A stretch of 64,000 nt of DNA from an uncultured Candidatus Saccharibacteria bacterium. Lineage in GTDB: Bacteria; Patescibacteriota; Saccharimonadia; Saccharimonadales; AWTP1-31. Position 1 is the first letter of the stretch, and each line of letters opens with the position of its first letter. The position numbers and the translations under genes are program-made. Location of the stretch: NCBI GenBank assembly GCA_964629815.1, contig CAZVTA010000003.1, positions 48,721 to 112,720 of the forward strand. Reading direction: 5' to 3'. Below, one piece after another: positions 1-7,742 of the stretch. The notes below the pieces were generated by a model. That model saw nothing but the letters and a program-made list of their open reading frames with translations. It was not told the DNA's origin and did not search any database.

Positions 1-52
1 TTCGCTGCCATACGCTAATGTTACGAGAAAACAGAAGAATAGACAATTGTTT

Positions 53-754
53 TTACGCGGCTATACGATCGACGTTGTTGTCAATTTTGAATGAAACCAT
101 TCTGCCTCTGTTTGGAACTTCTCCAAAAGCAGGGTCTGCAATGTCTAGTTCTTTCCCAAAATCTCTTTGCGCTGCAGATACGATTCTTGGGTTAATTGTT
201 CTGAATAGTACTTCCGTTGGACGTGATCCACGAGTCAAGGAGCGGCACATATCTCCAAAATTGGCTAAGTTGCCTTTTGGGCGGATAGTTGTATCTGCGA
301 ATATATCGCTTATCCATGTGATTCTTGTTGTTTCTTCTGGGTATTTTTCACTAATCCATTGTTGCATTTCAGGATCATCACCATATACTTCGCGAGCGAG
401 TGCTTCTGCGGTTGTTACTCGTGCAAGTGTCGCAAGAGCTATTGTGCCGCTAGGATCTTTTTCGAGATACCATAGTGAGTGCGTGTCTTTGCTTTCGAAA
501 GTGAATTTAGCTTTGAGTTCCTCTGTAGGGAAGGCAGGTTCCGTGGGGCAGAGCTGGCATACTTCGCAGATCGAACCAACCGCAACCCTACTTAGTCCGT
601 CGGGGCAATTCGCCTGTTCTGTTTCTGAAGGACACTTACTAACTTCTTGCCACGGGCGAGCGGCAAACGCACCCTGGTACATTTCTACAAGTCGATCGAG
701 CTGATTCGATACTGCACTCGGTGCGTATACACCCCCATAATAAACTTCTGCCAT
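53..754 (-). CDS. GNAT-like acetyltransferase with Cys-rich insert (hypothetical)
   Basis: The ORF opens at 778 (TTG), but the ATG at 754 has AAGGAGG 6 nt upstream. The N-terminal YQGAFAARPWQE motif resembles the GNAT domain of ORF 2857..4218. An insert carries C-x8-C and CxxCxxC. Confidence 0.45.
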   Translation of the reverse strand: MAEVYYGGVYAPSAVSNQLDRLVEMYQGAFAARPWQEVSKCPSETEQANCPDGLSRVAVGSICEVCQLCPTEPAFPTEELKAKFTFESKDTHSLWYLEKDPSGTIALATLARVTTAEALAREVYGDDPEMQQWISEKYPEETTRITWISDIFADTTIRPKGNLANFGDMCRSLTRGSRPTEVLFRTINPRIVSAAQRDFGKELDIADPAFGEVPNRGRMVSFKIDNNVDRIAA

Positions 755-878
755 TTCTACCTCCTTCTTACCTCTCAAGGGTACATATTATTTAATAATT
801 ATGCAACAAAACTAAAGATATATTATAGTAGTATGGTAAAGATTGTTGTTGGCTGACAATACGTTAAAGGAGGAGTAT

Positions 879-2183
879 ATGGCGCGAGAACAAGGACCAA
901 TGTCGGGATTTAGGGATTTGCTTGCAGACCAGATGATTCCGCGTGAAGCTGTTTTGACTACTATTAAAGGTGTGTACGAAAGTTACGGTTTTGTTCCATT
1001 AAAAACCCCTGCACTTGAACGCTATGAAACACTGACGGGTAAATACGGCGAAGAGGGCGAGGGACTTATCTATCACTTTACTGATCATGGTGATAGACAT
1101 GTGGCGCTTCGGTACGACCAGACAGTGCCGTTAGCACGGGTTGTTGCGCAGCATGGCAATGAACTACCAAATCCGTATAAACGATATGCAGTCGGTGATG
1201 TGTGGCGAGGAGAAAGCCCGCAGGCAGGCAGGTATCGAGAGTTTATGCAGTTCGACGCTGATATTGTTGGTTCAGATAGTCCGTTGGCAGATGCTGAGAT
1301 TGTTGCGATGATGAGTGATGCGATGAGTCGTTTGGGTGTGAGTGCAACCATTCGCGTTAATGATCGGCGTCTTCTTGATGGGTTGGCACAGGCTTGTGGA
1401 GTTGATAGCCGCGAAGGTTTTATTCAGTTAACAACCATTATAGATAAGGTTGAAAAAGTTGGTCGTGCGGCAGTGCTCAAAGAGGTTGAAACGCTGTTCG
1501 ATGATCAGGCGAGCGGTATTGTTGATGAATATTTGTCGGTTGAAGCCGAAAGTGCAGATAAAAAACTCGATAAAATGAGTGAGCTTTTGGCAAATGATGT
1601 AGCAAGACTTGGAATTGATAGTTTGCGTAAAATCTTTGGGGTGCTGCGCTCGGCTGGTTATGACGAAGATGCAATTGTGTTCGATCAGTCAATTGCACGG
1701 GGTCTGAGCTACTATACGGGCACAATTTATGAAACCATGCTCGATGACCTACCAGAGATAGGTTCGGTTTGCAGTGGCGGTAGGTTCGATAATCTTATAG
1801 AACAGCTTGGTGGGCCAGATATGCCTGCGGTAGGTACTTCAATTGGTGTAGATAGGCTAATGACGGGTATGCGACAACTGGGTATCATGGAAGATGTGAA
1901 GACCAATACCCAGGTCTACATTACGAACGTTGATCCTGCGGTAGATAGTGCGCGCTTTGAACTTGCAAAGAAATTGCGCGATGCAGGTGTTGCGGCAGAA
2001 ATTTGGTACGGTACAGATAGGCTCGGCAAACAATTTAAAGCAATCGAGCGCCTTGGCGTGCAGAACGTAGTAATTCTTGGAGGCGAAGAAGCTGCCGCGG
2101 GTAATGTGACGGTTAAGAATCTTGCAACCGGTGAACAGCATACAATGAGTGTCGCCGATCTGGTTAAGCAGTATAGTGCCTAG
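879..2183 (+). CDS. hisS: histidyl-tRNA synthetase
   Basis: ATG 879 is preceded by AAGGAGG (the ORF opens at 843). Class II aaRS motifs are present: GFRDLL, RYDQTVPLARV, YREFMQFDADIVG. The length is typical. Confidence 0.9.
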   Translation: MAREQGPMSGFRDLLADQMIPREAVLTTIKGVYESYGFVPLKTPALERYETLTGKYGEEGEGLIYHFTDHGDRHVALRYDQTVPLARVVAQHGNELPNPYKRYAVGDVWRGESPQAGRYREFMQFDADIVGSDSPLADAEIVAMMSDAMSRLGVSATIRVNDRRLLDGLAQACGVDSREGFIQLTTIIDKVEKVGRAAVLKEVETLFDDQASGIVDEYLSVEAESADKKLDKMSELLANDVARLGIDSLRKIFGVLRSAGYDEDAIVFDQSIARGLSYYTGTIYETMLDDLPEIGSVCSGGRFDNLIEQLGGPDMPAVGTSIGVDRLMTGMRQLGIMEDVKTNTQVYITNVDPAVDSARFELAKKLRDAGVAAEIWYGTDRLGKQFKAIERLGVQNVVILGGEEAAAGNVTVKNLATGEQHTMSVADLVKQYSA

Positions 2184-2860
2184 ACCTCGGTAGTTAAATT
2201 GAGCTGGTCATAGATGGCATAGGGTTTTTTGTAATATTTAGCCCACTCTTTGTCGCCATAGCTAAAATGCCACCATTCGCCGTCGTAAGGTGCAAAACCT
2301 GCTTGTTTCATGACATCACGCAAAAGTCGTCTGTTGTCCCATGCTTGCTTGCTTATGAACGGCGAAAAAGTATATGAGTCTGGCACAAATTCCCATATGT
2401 GGGTTCCCATATTAATTGGTTTGCCTTCTTTAAGAATTCGTATATCGACTGCAGCACCAGTTGGGTGTCCTGCAACATCTGGTACGGCAATATTCCTATG
2501 CACGGCCTCGAGTAGCTCGACGCCGCTATATTTCTTTGCAAATTGTCGTTTGTATTTTTCGAAGAGCTCTTGTTGAATGTGTAAAGAACGGTGGCCGTAT
2601 ACGACTTCTAACGATAGCTTCTTCGAGACTTTCGCGAGTTCCTCGCTGGCAAGGGTAAGTCGTTCAGCGACCGATTCGCGTACAAGAACGGGTTGTTCAT
2701 ATAGCTCAAGTGTTTCGGAGTCGATTTGCTTTGCGCTCAGATTTGCTGTGGATTTTATTGGTACTAGCTTCTCTTTGTTGTCTTTGAAGGGTATCTTGAT
2801 GAGGTCGGTATAGTGAACCATCCTATCGGCTAGCTGTTGGTAGATGTCTTTTTTGTTCAT
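2180..2860 (-). CDS. D-alanyl-D-alanine dipeptidase, peptidase M15 (VanX/DdpX-like)
   Basis: Signatures are HPTGAAVD (H-x-x-G-x-A-x-D) and GEWWHFSYGD. The ATG overlaps the stop of the upstream gene (ATGA at 2857-2860). Confidence 0.8.
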   Translation of the reverse strand: MNKKDIYQQLADRMVHYTDLIKIPFKDNKEKLVPIKSTANLSAKQIDSETLELYEQPVLVRESVAERLTLASEELAKVSKKLSLEVVYGHRSLHIQQELFEKYKRQFAKKYSGVELLEAVHRNIAVPDVAGHPTGAAVDIRILKEGKPINMGTHIWEFVPDSYTFSPFISKQAWDNRRLLRDVMKQAGFAPYDGEWWHFSYGDKEWAKYYKKPYAIYDQLNLTTEV

Positions 2861-4218
2861 ACAAGAGTTAGACGGCCGTCGTACAGGATATCTACGGTGC
2901 CAGAGATGGTCGATGAAACGACTTTACCTTTTTTGGCATCGTAGTGTGCAGCGGTATTAATGGTCTCTCCTGAAGGCTGCAATACAGATACTGTAGTGCT
3001 TTTTTGCTGTTCTTGGGCAAGCGCAATGCCGATAGATGAAGTGCCGCTACCGCAGGCAGTTTCATCAAAAATGGTATCGACTTCTTTGACCCAGACGGCA
3101 AAGTCTGCCACTTCAGTTTGTTCGTTGTAGTAGGTAACGCCAACAGCTGGCTGTTCGGCAAGTCCGTAAGTGTTGCTTGCCAACAAGCTCTGTAATCGCT
3201 CCTTCGGGCTAGCGGCTTTACGTAGGACATCATCTGTAACGACCACATGAGCTATCCCATCGAGCGACACGAGCACGCCTTCGTCAACTACTTTTGCGAG
3301 CTCGCTAGCGGGTTCTTGGGGTAGTGGCATTTCTACGGTAATATTGCCGTCCTTAGACTCAAATGCAAGAGGTCTGTCGACGCCGGAAACTTCTATTTTA
3401 CCGGCATAGTCTTTACCTTCGGTTATGAGTCGGATTACGCTTCTTGTTGCGTTGCCGCAAAATTCACCACCGAACATCTCAACTCGGGCAACTGCTTCAG
3501 GGCTTTTTGGTGCGGTAACAAAACAGCACTGTTCTATTTCTGGCTGATCCGCAAATTGTTCTTGCCATGTTCTCATGATCCGGTCGTTTAGGCTTTGTCT
3601 ATCTTCGTCAAGCATTTGATCAGTAACGATAGCGGTTGTATTGCCCGATGGATATGCTATAACGGCGCGTTTTAGGTTTGTGGGTTTTTCCATGGTCTTT
3701 TCTCCATCAATGGTTCTTTCCAAATATACACGGTAATCGATCAGTAGTGATCCGTCGACACGAAAATGAGGACCAGCTTTTAGTATAGGCTGTTTTACGA
3801 AACCTTCAGATTCGTACAGCCCAATTGCGCGTACATTTTCTGCACTGGTACATATTTCGAGTTCGTCGGTGCCTTGTTCGAGCGCACGGTCAATGAGTGC
3901 ACGAAGTGTTTTTCGGCCCAAACCGTTTCCTTGGAGCTCTGGGTCGACGGCTAGTTCTTCAATGAAGTACTCTCTTGGAGCAGTGAAGTATCCGCCCGCC
4001 AATGAGACAACTTTGCCATCGGCGGCTCCTATAATAAGGTCTCCATTTTTGTCCAGAATATATTGCAAAGCACCTTGTGCCTCTTCTGGTGTGAAAGCCT
4101 CATTGTAAGGCGGGTCGGCAAATGCACGTTGATATATCGATACCGCTTCTTGGAGCCCCCAGTCCTCTAGATGATCAAGATTACTTACTCGCTCAAAACC
4201 AATGTCGTTGTTACCCAT
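2857..4218 (-). CDS. fusion protein: N-terminal GNAT acetyltransferase plus C-terminal DapF-fold (two-cysteine) epimerase/racemase-like domain
   Basis: A single 453-aa frame. GNAT motif A is ELAVDPELQGNGLGRK. The C-terminal half carries PSGNTTAIV, GGEFCGNATRS and DETACGSGTSS, spaced like the paired catalytic-Cys motifs of diaminopimelate-epimerase-fold enzymes. GGGAGA lies 6 nt before the ATG. Confidence 0.6.
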   Translation of the reverse strand: MGNNDIGFERVSNLDHLEDWGLQEAVSIYQRAFADPPYNEAFTPEEAQGALQYILDKNGDLIIGAADGKVVSLAGGYFTAPREYFIEELAVDPELQGNGLGRKTLRALIDRALEQGTDELEICTSAENVRAIGLYESEGFVKQPILKAGPHFRVDGSLLIDYRVYLERTIDGEKTMEKPTNLKRAVIAYPSGNTTAIVTDQMLDEDRQSLNDRIMRTWQEQFADQPEIEQCCFVTAPKSPEAVARVEMFGGEFCGNATRSVIRLITEGKDYAGKIEVSGVDRPLAFESKDGNITVEMPLPQEPASELAKVVDEGVLVSLDGIAHVVVTDDVLRKAASPKERLQSLLASNTYGLAEQPAVGVTYYNEQTEVADFAVWVKEVDTIFDETACGSGTSSIGIALAQEQQKSTTVSVLQPSGETINTAAHYDAKKGKVVSSTISGTVDILYDGRLTLV

Positions 4219-4256
4219 TGTATATCTCCCATATATTTGTATTTAAGAGTGTATCT

Positions 4257-4289
4257 AAAAAAGCCGGCAATGCCTAGCATATACCGGCT
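4257..4289 (-). terminator. intrinsic terminator-like hairpin plus U6, about 38 nt upstream of ATG 4218
   Basis: On the minus strand the sequence reads AGCCGG-tat-ATGC-tag-GCAT-tg-CCGGCT followed by TTTTTT. The plus-strand version has no T-run. Confidence 0.5.
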
Positions 4290-4315
4290 ATATATGGTAT
4301 TCGTTCAAACGAGAA

Positions 4316-4365
4316 GTAAGCCCAGCTTTCTGGGTTTGGCGGATTGACTGCCTGGGTGAGCTTAC
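4316..4365. other. compact three-helix RNA-like element (strand ambiguous)
   Basis: Closing helix GTAAG/CTTAC encloses hairpin CCCAG-cttt-CTGGG and hairpin GGCGG-attga-CTGCC. A second CTGGG copy could pair alternatively with CCCAG. Confidence 0.3.
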
Positions 4366-4381
4366 AATATTCATGCACTTA

Positions 4382-4410
4382 ACCATATCTTTATGTATTA
4401 CTTTTGTCAA
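4382..4410 (-). promoter_or_regulatory. candidate sigma70-type promoter for the 4218 operon leader
   Basis: Minus strand: TTGACA (4410-4405), 17-nt spacer, TATGGT (4387-4382). Confidence 0.35.
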
Positions 4411-4451
4411 CAGTCTTAAGACCGTTATGTGAACCAGATATGTCCTTAAGA

Positions 4452-4480
4452 TTGTCTTGAGGCGCATAAATGCATACTAT
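4452..4480 (+). promoter_or_regulatory. candidate promoter giving a leaderless or near-leaderless mRNA for ORF 4489
   Basis: TTGTCT, 17 nt, TACTAT, then 8 nt to the ATG. No SD is present. An imperfect inverted repeat CCTTAAG-attgt-CTTGAGG overlaps the -35. Confidence 0.4.
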
Positions 4481-4488
4481 TAGAATTA

Positions 4489-5001
4489 ATGGATTCTGCA
4501 GAGAAAGAGCCTCGAGCGGTGCCAGGCTTTGAGAGAATAGAAATCAGGCCTGATCTTACAGATTTTGATTTTACTCACGCCGGTTTGTATAGATGCAAAA
4601 CAGACGGCGAGGGCTTTGACGCGTATCAGCTGGATAGTGACGAGACGTTGGAGCACGGTTGGGGCGTACAAGATATGGTGGCGGGTGACTGGGTGGTATT
4701 GAAGCCCTCGTCAAAAGGGGGGTTCAAAAAAAGCGGTGTGCGAAAGGAGGCTTTTGACTTAACATATGTTCGTCTCGATCCGGGCAAGTATCGCAAGGAG
4801 TCTTATATTCGAGCACAGCAGATAGGTCAGCCGTTTACTTTTTTGGGCGTTGACAGTGACGAGCCAGAAATGGCGCCGGCGTATGCGTATATTGTTCTTA
4901 ATTTAGACAAGAACCAAAACCCGATTGTAATCAATGGAAGACGCGACATTTTTTATTACGATGAAGACGATCTGCATCGAGGGTATGATCTTGTAGCGTA
5001 G
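4489..5001 (+). CDS. hypothetical protein
   Basis: A 170-aa ORF with no recognisable motif. It is convergent with the response regulator gene, 8 nt apart. Confidence 0.5.
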   Translation: MDSAEKEPRAVPGFERIEIRPDLTDFDFTHAGLYRCKTDGEGFDAYQLDSDETLEHGWGVQDMVAGDWVVLKPSSKGGFKKSGVRKEAFDLTYVRLDPGKYRKESYIRAQQIGQPFTFLGVDSDEPEMAPAYAYIVLNLDKNQNPIVINGRRDIFYYDEDDLHRGYDLVA

Positions 5002-5009
5002 CCTACAAT

Positions 5010-5372
5010 CTAATTGAGTGTTTCGTTGATGATGTCGACGACTTGGTGGGGCGTGTAGTGTGCTTTGACGATGTAGCGGTCTACGTTGAGGAGTCGCAGG
5101 CTGGCGGGTGCCTCGTCTTTGCTGATGTTCGTAAGCACAATAACACGGATTTTGGCGCCCCATTCTGTTTGTCGTAGTTTTTCGAGCATCTCTTCGCCGT
5201 TCATAACAGGCATGCGTAGGTCGAGTAACACCAGATCTGGCCTAAACTCGTGAATAAGCTCTAAGCCCTCTTGGCCATCGTGGGCAGTAGCCACTTTGAA
5301 TCCACATGACTCTAATTTAAACTGGTACATTTTCGCTATTGGTATATCATCTTCTATGATCGCAATTTTCAC
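5010..5372 (-). CDS. single-domain response regulator (receiver only, CheY-like)
   Basis: GTG 5372 follows GGAG with a 5-nt spacer (the ORF opens at 5393 with TTG). Receiver motifs are KIAIIEDD, DLVLLDLRMPVMNG and VIVLTN..K. There is no output domain. Confidence 0.8.
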   Translation of the reverse strand: MKIAIIEDDIPIAKMYQFKLESCGFKVATAHDGQEGLELIHEFRPDLVLLDLRMPVMNGEEMLEKLRQTEWGAKIRVIVLTNISKDEAPASLRLLNVDRYIVKAHYTPHQVVDIINETLN

Positions 5373-5391
5373 ATTTTCTCCTAGATAAGAC

Positions 5392-5420
5392 AAAAAAGTA
5401 GCCCCGCTAGAGAGCTACTT
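5392..5420 (-). terminator. intrinsic terminator after ORF 5494..6240
   Basis: Minus strand: AAGTAGC, 11-nt loop, GCTACTT, followed by TTTTTT. It ends 19 nt before the regulator start codon. Confidence 0.5.
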
Positions 5421-5493
5421 AATTAATTTTCAAAGGTTCAAAGTGAGTATATACCCTGCTTATTGTAATAGTCAAACAATAATTTACATTAAT

Positions 5494-6240
5494 TTACATT
5501 TTATCATCGTTTGTGTTGTTGAATTTGCGCTCTCGGTATTTCTTTATACCTTCGAGTATTCCAAACGTCGCAACCGAGATCACTCCACCGGTTGCCAAGG
5601 TTTCAGTCGGATTATCCAAAGCGTACGTCAGAACTGACTGCGTACTGTCACCGAGTTGTCTGAACGGGGGTATAGGCGTGGTCCAGAGTGCAACACAGCC
5701 TGCATAGATAGCTGCGTGAGCTTTGCGTCTATTACGGCTTGATTCTATGCCTAACGAACGATCGACCGTGATAGTTGGTCCAGCGCCTTGCCATACAGCG
5801 CTTGCAAGGGGTGTTATTTCTTTACGGAAAGTAGAAGCCGTACTTGGTGTTGGCGCATCAATCTTGTTTGCCGGTTTATTTCTGGCAAGAAAGTTTGATT
5901 GGGCATAGTCAAATGGACCAATTACTGCACCTACAAGAAGGGCTGCGGCCCATCTATTCACGTGCCCTCCATCAACAAGAGCTTCGCCACCTGCAACCCC
6001 CGCCAACCATTCAAAAGTTGATAACTGACGAGCTACATGAAAACTTAATAATCGTCGCACAGCACTAGTACCGCTACCAGTATTAAGTTCACGAAGTACC
6101 TCTGTGGGTGCTGATTCACTAGGGACTTCACAAGAAGCAGTGTTGTGCTTATCTTCTAGAAACTCAGAGCAAAGATGATTCGCAATCATGTCCATGACGT
6201 ACTCATCATTCGCGATACTAGTAGGAGAGTCTATTTCCAT
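5494..6240 (-). CDS. hypothetical membrane protein
   Basis: A 248-aa ORF with about four hydrophobic segments. No family was recognised. Confidence 0.5.
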   Translation of the reverse strand: MEIDSPTSIANDEYVMDMIANHLCSEFLEDKHNTASCEVPSESAPTEVLRELNTGSGTSAVRRLLSFHVARQLSTFEWLAGVAGGEALVDGGHVNRWAAALLVGAVIGPFDYAQSNFLARNKPANKIDAPTPSTASTFRKEITPLASAVWQGAGPTITVDRSLGIESSRNRRKAHAAIYAGCVALWTTPIPPFRQLGDSTQSVLTYALDNPTETLATGGVISVATFGILEGIKKYRERKFNNTNDDKM

Positions 6241-6317
6241 ACAAAATATAATACTACAAAATTAATGAATTGTCAAATACGCTTACGCTTGCATTGTTTT
6301 TGTCGTGAGTATATGGT

Positions 6318-6719
6318 GTGGATATGTTAACGGTAGAAACTTACATAAAACCAAGTGAAATTGAAGGCACGGGCTTATTTGCTGCGCAACCCATTGCAAA
6401 AGGGGGAAAACTTTGGGTTTTTCAACCGGGTTTTGATATTGTTTACGATGTTAAAGAAGTGCGTGAAATGCCGAAATCAGTACAGGATTACCTAGAGGAG
6501 TATGCCTCATTGATTCCTCAGCTCGGGAAGCTACTTCTATGTGGCGACAATGATAGGTTCACAAATCATAGTTATAGCCCAAATAGACGGTTTGAGTTCG
6601 TATCACCGACCGAAATGTATGAGTTTGCTACTCGAAATATTGCTGTAGGGGAAGAGCTCACCAACAACTACCAAGAGTTTGATGCAGATTTCCTGAGCTA
6701 CGCGAGTAGGCTCAGATAA
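6318..6719 (+). CDS. SET-domain protein (putative protein-lysine methyltransferase)
   Basis: Motifs are IEGTGLFAAQPIAKGGKL, the NHSYSPN signature (NHSxxPN) and GEELTNNY. Minimal size of about 131-133 aa. The start could be GTG 6318 or ATG 6324. Confidence 0.75.
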   Translation: MDMLTVETYIKPSEIEGTGLFAAQPIAKGGKLWVFQPGFDIVYDVKEVREMPKSVQDYLEEYASLIPQLGKLLLCGDNDRFTNHSYSPNRRFEFVSPTEMYEFATRNIAVGEELTNNYQEFDADFLSYASRLR

Positions 6720-6796
6720 GCGTTGACTTTTTGACTAATGTGTAGTACTATGTCTGCAAGGTCATTTGATCTTGGTCCATTAGAAGATTAATCAAG

Positions 6797-6831
6797 CGAG
6801 CACTAGTTTAACTGATAGTGCTCGTTTTTTT
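6797..6831 (+). terminator. intrinsic terminator
   Basis: A 9-bp stem CGAGCACTA/TAGTGCTCG with a 10-nt loop and a T7 run. It lies 78 nt after the SET stop and ends 16 nt before ATG 6848. Confidence 0.65.
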
Positions 6832-6847
6832 GTATCGGAGACAAAAT

Positions 6848-7705
6848 ATGGCATTAATGGAGAGAATTAGTAGCGAATCGTTCGTAGATGCGAACGTTAA
6901 CCCGTATGGGGTTGAGTTAGATTCGCCATTGATTCTTGCAAGAACTAAGGATTTGGTTACAACAGAGATTCCTTATATTGATGCCACTACTAATCCTGAT
7001 ATTGCCTCAGAGAACGGAGTATATTCAGTTTATGAAGTTGATGCATGTCACCCTGCATCAGATGTAGCGCGTGCAATCGAAGGGCGCGTTAGCGTAGAGG
7101 ATTGGGAGCAGGATTCTGCAATAACTCAGTACGATGCTTCTTTGTATGAGCAGAACTCAAGATTCTTCCTGGTTGTAGATATGAGCGATCCGGATAAACC
7201 AAAGCCAGCAGTATCTCTAAGGGTTGCTGACTGTATGTCTGGTGACTCATCTACAGTGAATTACTTCAAAGAATGTTATGGAGATAGTATTGCGTTGCCT
7301 CCTGAGATGAGCTTTGGTGACCCAGAGAGCAGGGTTTGGGATGTCGTGGGTGTCATGGCTCCTAAGTCTTACAGAAACGGTTTTGCTTCTGCATGGGCTT
7401 ATCATGCGCTCTATAAGCGAAGCATGGAGCTTGGTATTGACTCTTGGATCGCATGCATCGCCGATAAGGAGTACGATAACTTAAAAGCTGTAGGGATAGA
7501 TTTTGTGCCTATACAGGGCTTACCAAAAGTTGAGCTTTCCCTGGAAAGATCGCGCAAAGGTATTGATTTTGGTTTCTATACCGCAAATGTCCCTCTTCAG
7601 GGAATTAATGTAGCCAAAACAATTGAAGGTCTTGACGCAAAGTATGGGCTTAGTGTTTTACTGAGAAAAATTGCAAGTATATGCTTAAAAGGTAGCTTTG
7701 CTTAA
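6848..7705 (+). CDS. hypothetical protein, possibly acyl-CoA N-acyltransferase fold
   Basis: ATG 6848 follows GGAGA. The ORF-track start at 6818 lies inside the terminator stem. Resemblance of the C-terminal half to GNAT-like folds is weak. Confidence 0.45.
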   Translation: MALMERISSESFVDANVNPYGVELDSPLILARTKDLVTTEIPYIDATTNPDIASENGVYSVYEVDACHPASDVARAIEGRVSVEDWEQDSAITQYDASLYEQNSRFFLVVDMSDPDKPKPAVSLRVADCMSGDSSTVNYFKECYGDSIALPPEMSFGDPESRVWDVVGVMAPKSYRNGFASAWAYHALYKRSMELGIDSWIACIADKEYDNLKAVGIDFVPIQGLPKVELSLERSRKGIDFGFYTANVPLQGINVAKTIEGLDAKYGLSVLLRKIASICLKGSFA

Positions 7706-7742
7706 GTAATGTATTTTTGTGCTTTACTCTTTTTGACGTAAA

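Noticed and set aside
2180-2183. hisS and the convergent dipeptidase gene share a palindromic CTAG, so that TAG is the stop on both strands.
   Set aside because: The overlap is real but is a trivial consequence of tight packing, and no functional implication can be supported.
4335-4360. ZTP (pfl) riboswitch resemblance: TGGCGGA and GACTGCCTGGG.
   Set aside because: The two conserved blocks are in the wrong order and only 5 nt apart, forming a simple hairpin. There is no P1/P2 sub-domain and no linker, and the downstream genes are unrelated to purine or folate metabolism.
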